DNA from: Lama guanicoe
Lineage: Eukaryota
NCBI GenBank assembly: GCA_013239625.1
Contig: MU053376.1
Coordinates: forward strand, 1,574,833 to 1,638,832
Direction: 5' to 3'
DNA length: 64,000 bases
The notes beneath the pieces were generated by a model. The model ran no database searches and had not been told where the DNA came from. It worked only from the letters and a program-made list of their open reading frames with translations. Positions 21,165 through 33,100 of this stretch are shown in pieces. The position numbers and the translations under genes are program-made. The first letter of the stretch is position 1. Each line of letters begins with the position of its first letter.

Positions 21165-24100
21165 CGAACCGGGGAGAAGCAAGGTCAGCCCAAGAGATGA
21201 ACTGGTACAGAGGGAACAAGAGAAGATGCTTCAGATCTAATTCTGAATCACCCTAGGAGTGCTGTGTGACCTGCACAGGTCGCTCCCTCCTTTTAAGCTT
21301 CACTTCATTAGGTAAAATGAGGGTTGAGATCAGACAAGCTCTGAAGTCCTCTCTTGCTCTGATAAGCTATTTCGGTCCTATCCAGGTTTTTTGGAAGGTG
21401 CTGGAGATTCCACGGGGGGACAGAAATCAGTGCTGAGTGTTTGTGGTCCTGGCTCTACTTTCTAATGCCTCTCGCATGCCACCCGTACTTGCAGAGACAT
21501 GTTCAGAGGACCCTGGAATTCATGCTCAAAAAGAATGGCAAGAGGCACAAAGTGGGGTGTTATTTCTAATAGACTCAAAGCCAGCTCTCTCTAAACCTGG
21601 TCATCCGATTTCTCTGAATTCAGGACATCGAGTGAGGCTACTTTTCATGTCAAGATCACAGGATTCTATGTGAAGTTAACACTTCACATCTGCATAGCTA
21701 TCAGTTCTTTTTATTTTTAAGCTTTATCTTTTCTTTTCTTTCTTTCTTTCTTTTTTTTTTTTGGTTATTGCGGACTGGTGGGGAGAGGTAATTAGGTTTA
21801 TGTTTTCTTAATGGAGGGACTGGGGATTGAACCCAGGACATCGTGCATGCTTATCACGTGCTCTACCACTGAGCTATACCCTCCGTGGCTCTGTTCTTAG
21901 TTCTTAAGGCCTGTCCACTTGCAGTAATATTTGTATCCCTTGAACTTGCACCCCTAGAATTCATCTGACCCTACCCGAATTTAAGTTTGCTACGGGCAGG
22001 AAGCTTTGTTTTGTTTACTGCTGTGTGCCCACCCTGGAAGTGTCAGGCAAGTAGTGGGCACTCTGTAAATACCAGTTGAATTAATGAAAGAACAAAAGAA
22101 TCCCCCACTAATCTTGTTAGGTAGACAGGACAGGTACTACCCATATTTCCCTTATTTGACAAAGATAAAAACTGGGCTGTGATTTACGTGACTTGCTCAA
22201 GGTCACGTGGCTGCTGCGTTGGAAAGTTAAGAATAGGTATTAGCTCTCTAGGACTTGGTCCAGTGACTCTCCCTTCCCCCACGATGCCTTGCAGGGAGTG
22301 AGAAGAATTAAGATCTGCTATTAAAAGAACGATAAGAAACGTTGTTGCCTTCAAGGTGACTGCTCTGGCTTGGAGGTGAGAGAGCCCAGCCAACACTTTG
22401 GGTTTGAGAGGGTCTCCTTCCTTCCCATCCTGACCCCCCCACCCCGCTAGCTTACCTGCTCTAAGTCCCAGTAGCTGGGGACGTCATCCTTTGAATCATA
22501 CAATGACAGCTCAGGGTCCACTGGAGGCTGGAAGGGGGAAACCAGTGCAGAATGAGCTCCAGTAACGGAATGACAGATTGGCATCAAGGGCAGGCTGGGG
22601 GCGGAGAGGGGGCACTGTGTGTTCTGACTCATAACTCGCCCTCCTGCCCCTTCCCTCCCTCGCCTCCCTCATTTGCCTCACAAAATTCAGCACAGCTGTG
22701 GTTTTTGTCCTCACACCAGACAGGGGTGCATCAGGGTCTGCCTCCTCCGTGGGCATTTCAGAGGCAGGGAAGGTTTACCGAGCTTACAAGGGCGATTGGC
22801 TAGCTGCCTGACCTGGGGGCTCCATTTCCCTTCTCTGGGAATTTCTTTCCTCATCTGTAAAAGTAGGATCATCAAACTCACTTTGCTGGCTTTTTACCTC
22901 ATCATGCTGTTGAAAACTGTGTGTATATAATTCATATATATATGTGAAAATATTCTGTAATATGTAAATATATAATACATACAATATACAGTTTAAAGAA
23001 TATATAGACAGTATTAACTGGACATTATTTATGCAATGCCCGATGATGAAGATTCTTCCAGATCCTCCCTTTGCTCTGGTGACAGGGTGCATGAGGCCAG
23101 AAAGGCGGTGGCTCCCCGTTTCCCTCTGTGTGCTGTGGGCGGGCGCCAGGCCCCGTGTCTCCCTGGGCAGGCATTCAGTGCTTAGAACAGATGGCTTCAC
23201 CTTGCTCGGTCTTTTAAAGCAAAGAGCAAATGGTTGCTCTAGGGCCAGAAAAGCCTTTCTTACGACCCACAGAGGGCAGGAGAGGCTTTTTATCATGAGC
23301 TGCGGCACAGAGTCTTGGGAGGCCAAGGGCAGCATGATCTGGAAGGGGAGCCTGGGTGGTGGGATTGGCTGGGGAGCCCCGGGCAGGGACCCCAGTGGGA
23401 TGAGCTTTCTCTGCCTCCCCAGCCTTCTGGAGTGTTATTTGTAGACATTGTGATTTGTAGCTCATTTGCATACCACTTACTGAGATAGTAAATAAAATGT
23501 CAAGGAGCTGACACAAAACTCTGATCCATACTCTTCATCCATCACTAGCCTGAAATCTCCAAGCTCTGCTAAATTAAAATGGGCAGGCTTACTCCCCTCC
23601 CTTCCCCAAAACCTCTTCGAGAAAGAGTGAAGGAGCAGGAGGGGGAGAAATGCCAGGACACCAGGCATAACCTACTATGCTCTGGGTATTTGTGTGATCT
23701 GGAAATTATCTCATAATGAAGGATTTTACAATAGATTCCATAATCAGGGATTTTACAATAGACAAAGCTCTTTCAAGTGACATAAAAGATATAATTATCA
23801 GTTAATCCTAAAACAAAAACAAAAGAACACTTCCGTGAGGTAGCTGTGTTACTTTAGGGTACCCATTCCACAGATAAAAAAAACTGAGATTCAGGGAAGT
23901 TAAATGACAGAATTGGTTTTGGAACCCAAACTGTTTCCTATGTTCTTTCTAATTGTTCCCCCTACACCCCGTCCTGCTATTTCAGTGCCCTGGGGCCTAG
24001 GGTTCCCCAGGTTCAGGCATCTTACCCCTTGGAATTCATGTCCTGGGGCCACTTTGCTGGTCTTTGCCTGGGCAAAGAGGACCGCGTCGTGTATGCTGGG

Positions 24101-27100
24101 AAAGACGTGGTTGCGCTCTAGACACCCATCTTCAAAGACACCTCCGTGGCTAATGTCATTGTACACCTGGGCTGGAAGGAGGAAATATCACCTTCAAAGG
24201 TCACACCACGGTGGACTGGAGTTGGGCGTGGGGGAGATGGTGAGAGGGAAGGAGATAAGAGCCCTGACGGTTGTGCTCTTGCTACGTCCTAGGGCCTTGG
24301 CATTGGCTTTGCAGTATCAGTTCTGGACAGCAGAGGGCAATGTGAGCTTGAGGATGCTGAACCTTCAACCCAGGGCAAGAAGGAAGCAGTTTGACTCAGG
24401 GAGTCCCTCCTTTGTGGTGATTGCAGAGGGAAAGGCTAAAACGACAGCCAATTCTGCCCCTTGAGAGGCCGTCTTTCCTCTTGTTTACCCAGAACTGTCC
24501 GGCAGTGTCCAATGTGTGGCACAGAGCCTTTACTCCCACCAAATCCTGGAGATGATTTCCTGAGGAGGGTTCAGTGAGGGTGGGCAGCATCTTCTGACTC
24601 TAACTCCGGAGCACACGCAGAACAGGTCACCGCCAGCACAGACTCTCCCTGAGGGCAGCCCGCATGGAGCCCGGGCCGTGCTCAGTCAGTGCTGAAGCTG
24701 GGTAGGTGGGCCTGCAGGAAGGGGCTGGCCCTCTGCGGGCAGCGGGTGTGTGTGTGCTTGCGCCTTCCCACTCCCTTGTGTGTTTGTGTGTCCACGTCCC
24801 TGCACTCCACACGCACGCTAACGAGGTGACAGTCCGCTGCGATGCGGACACCTCCTTGGGGCTGTGTATGGGTGCCTCTTGGAGATGGTGTGCGTATAAA
24901 AATGTCTATCTGCCTCTTCCTGTGATAGTTATAGTATGTGTGTGCTTTACGCTTATTCTTGGACTTTTGGATTCGAAGATTCCCAAATTCAACCTCATTT
25001 TACATAGGTGGCAATTGATCCCTGGACAGATAAAGTGACTTGACCAAGGATACATGGCAAATTAGTGATGGGGCAAGTGAAAATCCTAATTGTGGGGGCA
25101 GGGTATAGCTCAGTGGTCGAGCACATGCTTAGCATGGATGAGGTCCTGGGTTCAATCCCCCAGAGCCTCCATTAAAAATAAATAAATAAGCTTAATTTCC
25201 TCTCCCTCGCCACACAGACACACAGACACACACACACAGACACACACACACACAGAGACACACACACACAGACACACACACCCTAGTTGTCCATTCTTAA
25301 CTCCACGATCTCCAACGCTGTTGTTGAGACCCCTAGGATGTCTATGTAACCTGGCCGCAGTCTCCCCTGACTTGTGTCTGAAGCTCTCATGAGCAGGCAG
25401 TAGTTTGGGGGAGCACTTGGATGCTCTTATTTCCAGCCCCCTCCCTGTCCGGCGTCCCACCAACCTGTGCTCACCCCATCTCCTCCCCAGCCCTCCAGTC
25501 CCCTCAGCTTGTCCTCTTACCGTGAATGTTCACCAAGAAGACCTTCACACCGATCTTCCCGAAGGTGGCGCTCAGCTAGGGCAGTCGGGGAGGGTGTTGG
25601 GGTAGGAGACAAAAGGAAAGGAATGTTCTGAGTGGGTTTCAAAAGTGATTCACAAAATGCACTTCCGAGGGGAAGCAAACAAACAAGCAGCCCCGAGAGC
25701 CCTGGATAAAAATAGCCGCAGAGTGCACCACTTGTCCCTGGAGTGCTGGCCCGCTGCTCCGCTGCGCGGGGGGGGCGGACATGGCCCTTTGCCAACGAGG
25801 CGGCCACTTGAAGTCCCCATGGCCCCTTCTTATGGGGCCAGGCCTTTTCTTTGAGTGGCTTAGAATCCCAGACTCCACCTCTTTCTGGACTTTGTGGCTT
25901 TAGGCAGAAGCTTCAGGGGAGGACTGAGGCCCAGAGAGGCTAGTGCTTCGCCCACCTGGACACCAGGTCCAGGCCGGCAAAGCAGACTGAGCCCACGGCT
26001 GGCTTGGAGCCTTCTGTGCACCTGGCTGATGGTGACATCAGCCTGTGTGCTCTCTGTACCCCTCGGTTCCCCTGGTTGCTCTCTCTGGGCCATCTCTGAG
26101 GTTTGCTGATTCCTTGCCATTGGAGGTGGCTGCTGAGAAGTTATCAGATGTGTTCATTTATTTAAGGTGTCCCATAAGCTGCCTGTTTGGCCTAAGGATG
26201 CGGGGCCCTGATAATTATTTCTTGTTCTTTCCTTGGTTGGCCGGTACCAGCTGATGCTAGAGTGTCTGGGTGAGTGTGTGAAGGAGGGGCAGACTATGAA
26301 CCAGGGCCAAGCTGAACTCTACTCAGAGGACCCTGGGGTGGCCTGAGAGGGAACTTGCGATGGCCTCTGCTGGAAAGATGCTAGGACAGGGTGGCCCAGC
26401 AGGGCTGGAGCTCTGGTACCTCTCCCAGGCCCTCACTGTCATGGGCTGCAAGGCTGGCTCTGCCAAGAGCATCCTGTCCTGGTGGCCTCTTGAGGAAAGG
26501 GATCTTAGGAGCTGTTAGCCTCCTTGGCGAGCTTTCTTGCTCAGCTGGTTGAAATGAGGCCTCCCAAGAAAGGGGGTGTGGGACAGTAGGGGTGCAGGTG
26601 CCCAGGTGCGGGTGGGCTGGCGCTCCCTCTGCCCGAGGGCCTCACCTTGGCCAGGGCTTTGATGCCCATCAAGTCCACAAAGCTGACCCCACTCATGTCG
26701 AGGATGAGGGTGTGGAAGGTGACAAAGGGTGGGACGCTGGCCAGCATGTCACTGGGCTCACTGGGGATCTCAGCAGGGGCTGGTGGCTCACAGCTGGCAG
26801 CTGTGGCGCTGTCAGGGCTGAAGGTGATGTAGGACACGCTGGCACCATTAGCAGGCGTCTGGTTGTTGTTGGGGTCCGTGGGGGAGGGGTTCTCAAAGTC
26901 CTGCTGAAGCTCCTGCAGGGAGACAGTCTGGAGGGTGGGAGTAGGGGGCAGAGTCAGGGACCATCAGAATCAACCAGACTTGGCCGTAGCTGAGGCCGGG
27001 GCAAAGAGCGGGAAGGAGGAGGTGTGTCACTGAACTTGGTGATGGTGAACACAAGCCCCGAAAACCCCGTAGGACCAGCGTCTCCTGGAGCCCCTGCACA

Positions 27101-30100
27101 TTTGGTTTCTCACACCCAGGCCAAGTTGGAAGACTCTTCCAGGAGAGGCACTGAAGCCTCAGCCAGTCTGCTCTGAGAGAAGGCCCCTTGGGAATGACTG
27201 AGCTCCTTTCTGCATTTATCCACATCTGCCGCCTTCTCTCCAGAACTCCCACAACAACATCTGCTTTGCTAGCTCCAGGCTGGCTGGTTGGGTACCCCAG
27301 AAAATCACTGCTGCTCCCCATCTGAAGCTGTTCATAAGTCCATGGGCATATCCTATCTTAGCCAGAAAATGAGGGGCCATGGGGGTCCAGCAGTTACCCC
27401 AGGGGCTGGCAGCCTCTCCCCCAAGGAGGGGATACCCACCAGGCAATGGCCACAGAGACCTGATGTCTTTGCCTTGAAGCATGCTGGGAGGTGGGACACC
27501 AGGTGACAAGACCAGAGAGGGCCGGGCAGAGGGCATGGGCTCTTCCTAGACTCAGCTCACCTTGGTTTTCATAAACAGAGACTTCCTCTGTTGCTTGGGC
27601 ATGATTTTCCCCTCCTCCTGCTTCCTGAGGCATTTTTGCTTGGCTAGCAGCACCTTCTGGGGGTCCACACCCGTCTGTAGGGAGAGAGCCCAGAGCAGCC
27701 TTGACCTCCACCCTCTTTGGAGGTGGCCTGCTCTTGGCTCCCAGCTTCCTCTCTTGCATCTTCTGGGCACAGTCTGTCCAGCCCCTCTGGTCACCAGAGG
27801 ACTGAGCCTTACCTTGGCAATGACCTTCTGCCTGAAGATTTCCGAGTTGGCAAAATAGAGCGGGGAGCAGTAAGTGACGATCTTAACCCCCTGGACTTCC
27901 TGGGCCTGTAACAGGGACACTCAGCTCAGGGAGCAGCAAGGTCTTTATTGGCTTTCTTTAAAAGCCCTCGTTTATTGGAGGGGTGGGTAGGGCAAAAGAG
28001 AAGGGTCATAAGCTTGGATTACGCACCTTAATATAGGTCTTGGGGTTCACATAAATGTCAGTGTCTGTGATTTGGGCCAAAGCATAGCCATTTCGACTAG
28101 ATGAAGAAGGAAAAGAAAAATACAAGAGAATGCTATTAGTGGATGGGCCGGGAGTGATGCTGGGGCAGGGGCTTGGGGACTGGGCAGAGGCAGGGCAGAG
28201 GGTCCCTTCCTCACCCTGAACTGGTGTTTGTCTTCCTGCACTGGAGACACATGCCTGGTGGCCTGTGGCTGGGCTATTATTAGAGGGATGACAGACAGCT
28301 CCTTGACATAGCTCCCAGACTGGGGCTTGCGGGGGAGAAGGGGTGGGTTACACAAGGTGACAAGCTTAAGTGGCCCTGAAGTCATCACATCCTGGTTCTG
28401 AGTTCTCAAGAAGAGAAGACAGGGTTTCCCTAACATTCAGCATCCTTCCTGCCCTGGCCTGGACCCCCTTGTCGGTTCTACTTAATGTTTTTATAAGAAG
28501 GGCACAGCTGTCCTCTGGCCTGGTATTCCCCTGGGGTGGGGTCCCATTTAGTCTGGGAGCTGGCAGTGCCCTTGGAAGGACACTGAGTCTCACCCAGGTC
28601 GTCCCCTACTTTCTCTGGGCGCCCAGCCCTCTGAAACCATGATGCCTTCTTCTGAGTTTTCAGGATATGGGGAGTCACACAGCCCAGCCTGTGAGAGTCC
28701 TGGCTGGACTCGGCTCTCCCTCCAGTGCCAGGCCCAGAAGGCGGCAGGGCGCAGAGGGCTGGGCCTGGCCTCAGCATGGGAGCCTGGGGGCCCCACTGCA
28801 GCCTTGCTGGGAGGGGCTGTTACTTACAACTGGGTCTGGAAGACCACAACCAGGACGGAGAAGGCGACGCCCACCGCCACGCCATACGGCAGGCTCAGGA
28901 AGAAGGCAGAGAGGAAGCTCACCACCCAGATGCACTGCGGGGAGACAGATGTCAGAGCAGGCCTGGGGAGAAAACTGCCCCTTTGGGGAAGTCTTCCTGC
29001 ATCAGCCAAGGCCATTCTCTGCCCGCACAACCTCAGGCCCTCCCTTCCCTTTTCATGGCATTTTTGCACTGTTTTATGTATTTGCGCTTTGAATACACTT
29101 GCCCAGTTCCCTTAGACTGAGTGTGATAGCAACCCTGGGACACACAGGGAGGCAGCACGGCGTGGTGACGAGAGTGTGCGTCTTGGGTCAGATACGTCTG
29201 GGTTCCAAGTTTCCTTCTCCTGCTTACTGGCTACGTGAGCCTTAGTTGCCAAATCCACAAAGGGGGAGTAATAACACCAGCTTCGCGAAAGGATTAAGGA
29301 GTCAAGGAAGACAAGCTCTTAGCCTAGTGATGGGCACCCAGTGAGCGATCAACACACGTGAGTTCCCTTCACCCAGCTGTGCGTCTGACGCGTGCTCAGC
29401 TGTGCTTCCTGACCTGGCAGCCTGGGGCCTGGCTGAGGGTGGGGAGGGGCAGGACTGGCTGCAGTTTTGACTGTTCTCTCCTATGGTACTTCACAGTCCC
29501 CCAGGTTCCTCTAAAGGAAACAAATCTGCCCTCTCTGCTGCAGAGAACTGTGACGCTCAGAGGGGACCCCAATGTGCTATGTAAATGTCAGGGATTATTG
29601 TTGTAGTGCGGGGTCGTTGGGATGTGGTAAAAGCAGATTTAGGGGCTGGGAATGGGGACATCATTCCCCCCCCATCCTCATTCACTGGAGGACCCCAGAT
29701 GGACCAGTCACTCCTCTGGATTTAAGAATGTCCTTCCCCTACCATGCAGGCGAGCCTCCTTCCCTAGGAGACAGTATAGCCCAGAGGTTTGCCATCTAAG
29801 ACTTGGGGTTCCAGTCCTGACTCTACCACTTATGACTTCTGTGGCCTTTGATGAGTTACTTAACCTCTCTGAGCCTTGGTTTCATAATCTTGAAAGGAGG
29901 TTAGTAAATCCCCTTCCATAGCTTGTGGCGGGGCATAAGTGGGGATAATGCAGTGGCGTCAATACAAGGTAGCCTCATTTCTACTGTCTAGTGGAAGATG
30001 TGCTGGGAATGTGAGTAATCAAAACAGTAAGTCATGTCTGCTGAGTGTTTTATGGTCACACGGTTTCCCACTATGATCTCGTTTAATCCTCAGAGCCAGC

Positions 30101-33100
30101 ATGTGATGCAGCCGCGGCTATCACCGCCACTACAGAGGAGGAGACAGAACTCCAGAGAAGTCTGGTAACCTAACCTGCTCAAGATCCTGGTCTGCTGGCT
30201 TTAGGTTCTAGGCTTTTTTGTTATTTTAAAGTGATTTCATTTTGCTTTCTTTGGAACTGTAAATCATAAAAATAATAATAGCTAAGTTTTATCGAACCAG
30301 AGTTACAGTTCAGATGGTATGTTCTTTCCTTATCTTATCTTATATCATAAGCATCCTTGGTGGGTAAAGAATATAAAATACCCATTTCGCAGATGAGGAA
30401 GTCGAGATTCAGAAGTTAAGGGACTTGCTAATTGGCCATGGTTGAGTTAGGATTGGAAAATAAGATGTCTCACTCTGAAACTTGAGCTCTTAACACCTGG
30501 CGATGCTAATTAGGGGGCAGCCAACCGGAGGGACCATTGATAGAAGAGCTGACAGGGCTGTGGGTTTGGAGAAGGTAGCAACGGCACGATGGGTACCCAG
30601 AGGTCGCCCAATACCTACACAGTCGAGCTTGCTCTTCCTCCACAGGTAGTAGGGGTCGGCGAGTTGCTTGAGGGAGTTTTTGAGGTTGACAGCTATCAGG
30701 GCTCCTAGCACAGACTGGGGAAGCAGAACATTGCTCCCTGTTACCCGGGGTGTCCCCTTCCTCCGGCCCATCCTGCAAATGCCTGACCCTGCGGCCTGGC
30801 AGGACAGAGCTGCAGTTCTAGAACGCCTCCGCTGGCAGACGCCCCAGATCTTTGCAGTGGATCTTAGGGCTGGGGAGTGCAGATGCTACAGACACAGGGC
30901 CCATCTTTGCCCTTCCCCTCCTCCCTCATCCCCAAGCGGCCCTGTGCCGAGAGCCCTCCTGGCCAGGCACCCACAGGCACTTGTCAACACTGACTGGGGC
31001 ATGGACTCTGAGGTCTGAAGGCTGCAGTTTGAGACCAGCCCGGCACCTGTGAGCTGTATCACCATGGGCAGGTCACCTAGATTCTCTCAGCCTCAGTTTC
31101 CCTCACCTGTAAAATGGGGAGAATTGACTACTTCACAGGTTGTAATTAGGACAAAGTGTGACACATTGTAATCTGTAAGGTGCCACACAGCTCTTAGGGA
31201 TTTTGGTCTTACTGGAGCCTCTCGCTGGCCTCTGCTCTCGGGCTGTGCTCTTACCTTGGGGAGAGGGTACAGATAGGTCCCCAGGACCAGCATGGTGATC
31301 ATCACCACCAGGGACACGCACAGGCTTGAGATCTATTCAGAGAAAGGGTTGGGAGTAGGGCATAGGTGTGAAATTCTCCCTCTTGATTTATTTCCAGTAG
31401 ATGCCTTTGGTGGGGTGGAGACTAAGGAGGGGAGAGGAAGGTCGGAGATGCAGCTAGCCTTTTCTCTGGGGCAATTGCTCTGGTCACCTCCCACTCCTCC
31501 CCTACTCCATTGGTCCAGCGCTCACCTGAGACTTCCCTCCAGCGCCGTCCACAGCCAGAGTGACGGAGAGGGCACAGCAAATGACATGGATTTTAAAGAA
31601 GGAGCCGAAGAAGTTGCTGCAGCCCAGGGCGATCATCTCCTGTGGGCACAGGGGCGGGATTGGAAGCTAGGGTGGATGGGGGATGGGATGCAGGGTACAG
31701 GCCAAAACAAACTCAAGCTTGATCTAGAACTCAAGAGCGCCCCTACTGCTATAAAGCCATGTACTCCCAATCAAGTAGAAGTCAGCCTCTTGGCATTAGA
31801 GTCTTCCCTCCCCACAGGCAGGCAGCCTTCCTCACCTCAACCCAGAGCCCCAAGCTGTCTCTTGCCAGGACTCCATGGGTTCTGGGCCATCCTGCTCAGC
31901 CCTGCCGGGGGTGGCCGGACCTACCTGGTTAGAATCCACGTCATAGCCGTGCCTGCTGGCCAGGGTCCGGCCCACAGCCAGGTTGATGACATAGCCCACG
32001 ATGGCCACGGAGAAGGCTGTGCCAATCATGTCCTTCCACTGCGAAACCGCAGGCGACACGGGAGTGGGGAACCTGCCAAGGAGCCAGAAAGGAGGCAGGG
32101 CCCAAGAGTGTGAGGAGAGGGAGGGCTCCGAGTCCTTCATCAACCCACAGGAACCAGCCGGGCCCCACTTTGTGCCATGGCCTTTACAGGAATGACCCTT
32201 TCCAGTCTGAATCCCCAGGACCACACTGCAGGGCAGCTCCATCACTCCCATTGACAAAGCAAAAACCAGAGGCTTAGAGAACATAACTTGTCCGAGATCA
32301 CAGAGCTAGTAAGTGTTAGGGCCTCGTCTGTTCACATCCAGAGTCCGGACTCTTTAGGCTCACCCGTCCCCAGATCCATAGCCCCCAGTGCTGTGAAGCC
32401 TTTTCTCCATCACCCTGTCCAACTCTGCAGCATCACCACTGCCCGTCCCCGCCCAGGGCCCAGCGTGGTACCTGGCACAAGAGTAGATGCTTAATGAATT
32501 ATGTTGATCCTAATAGCTTCCCTTCCACGTGGTAAAAAAGCCAATGCATTAGAGCAAGGCGAAGAACCAGAGAAGGACTGATCAGAGAGGCTTTGCTTTA
32601 ACAGCATCCACTGAATGAGACTTGGAGGTTATGTGTGGCAGTTAAGACTTCCTGCTCTTGAAACAGCCAGCATTAGCTGGTTGTGTGACTCTTCTCCATA
32701 ATAAGTAGCAGGAATAATTCAGAGCTGGTCAGTGTCATAGAGTTTATAAGTTACCTTCATAGAGTTCATCTCATCTCAGCCCCTGAGCCTAGGTGGGGAG
32801 TGTGATGTGGGTGGGCCCCGGCTTCCCTGACTCACCCCTGTTGGATCTCTCCCACAATCTGCATCTGATACTTGCTGGGCATCTTGCAGCCTCCGGAAAT
32901 AGCTGTTGCCACCACCACCTGCAAACCCCAAAGTGGAGAATGAGGATTGGCTCTAAGTTGGGGCCAGGGCAGGGATCTCTCTCAAGCCTCCTTTTCCTCT
33001 GAGGACCTCTATTCCCATGGCCCTGTCTTCTTAAGGAGGAGCAACGCGAGGAGCAGGACGAGTGGGAACCAGGGCTATATAGGAGGGGTGGGGTGGATTC

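Noticed and set aside
20952..21182. Poly-(His-Thr) ORF in frame with the SLC26A9 last exon
   Set aside because: It is a translation of the intronic (CA)n microsatellite; the real acceptor is at 20999.
31292..32113. 273-aa plus-strand ORF
   Set aside because: It is the antisense shadow of SLC26A9 exons 9-11 and their introns, with no independent coding signal.
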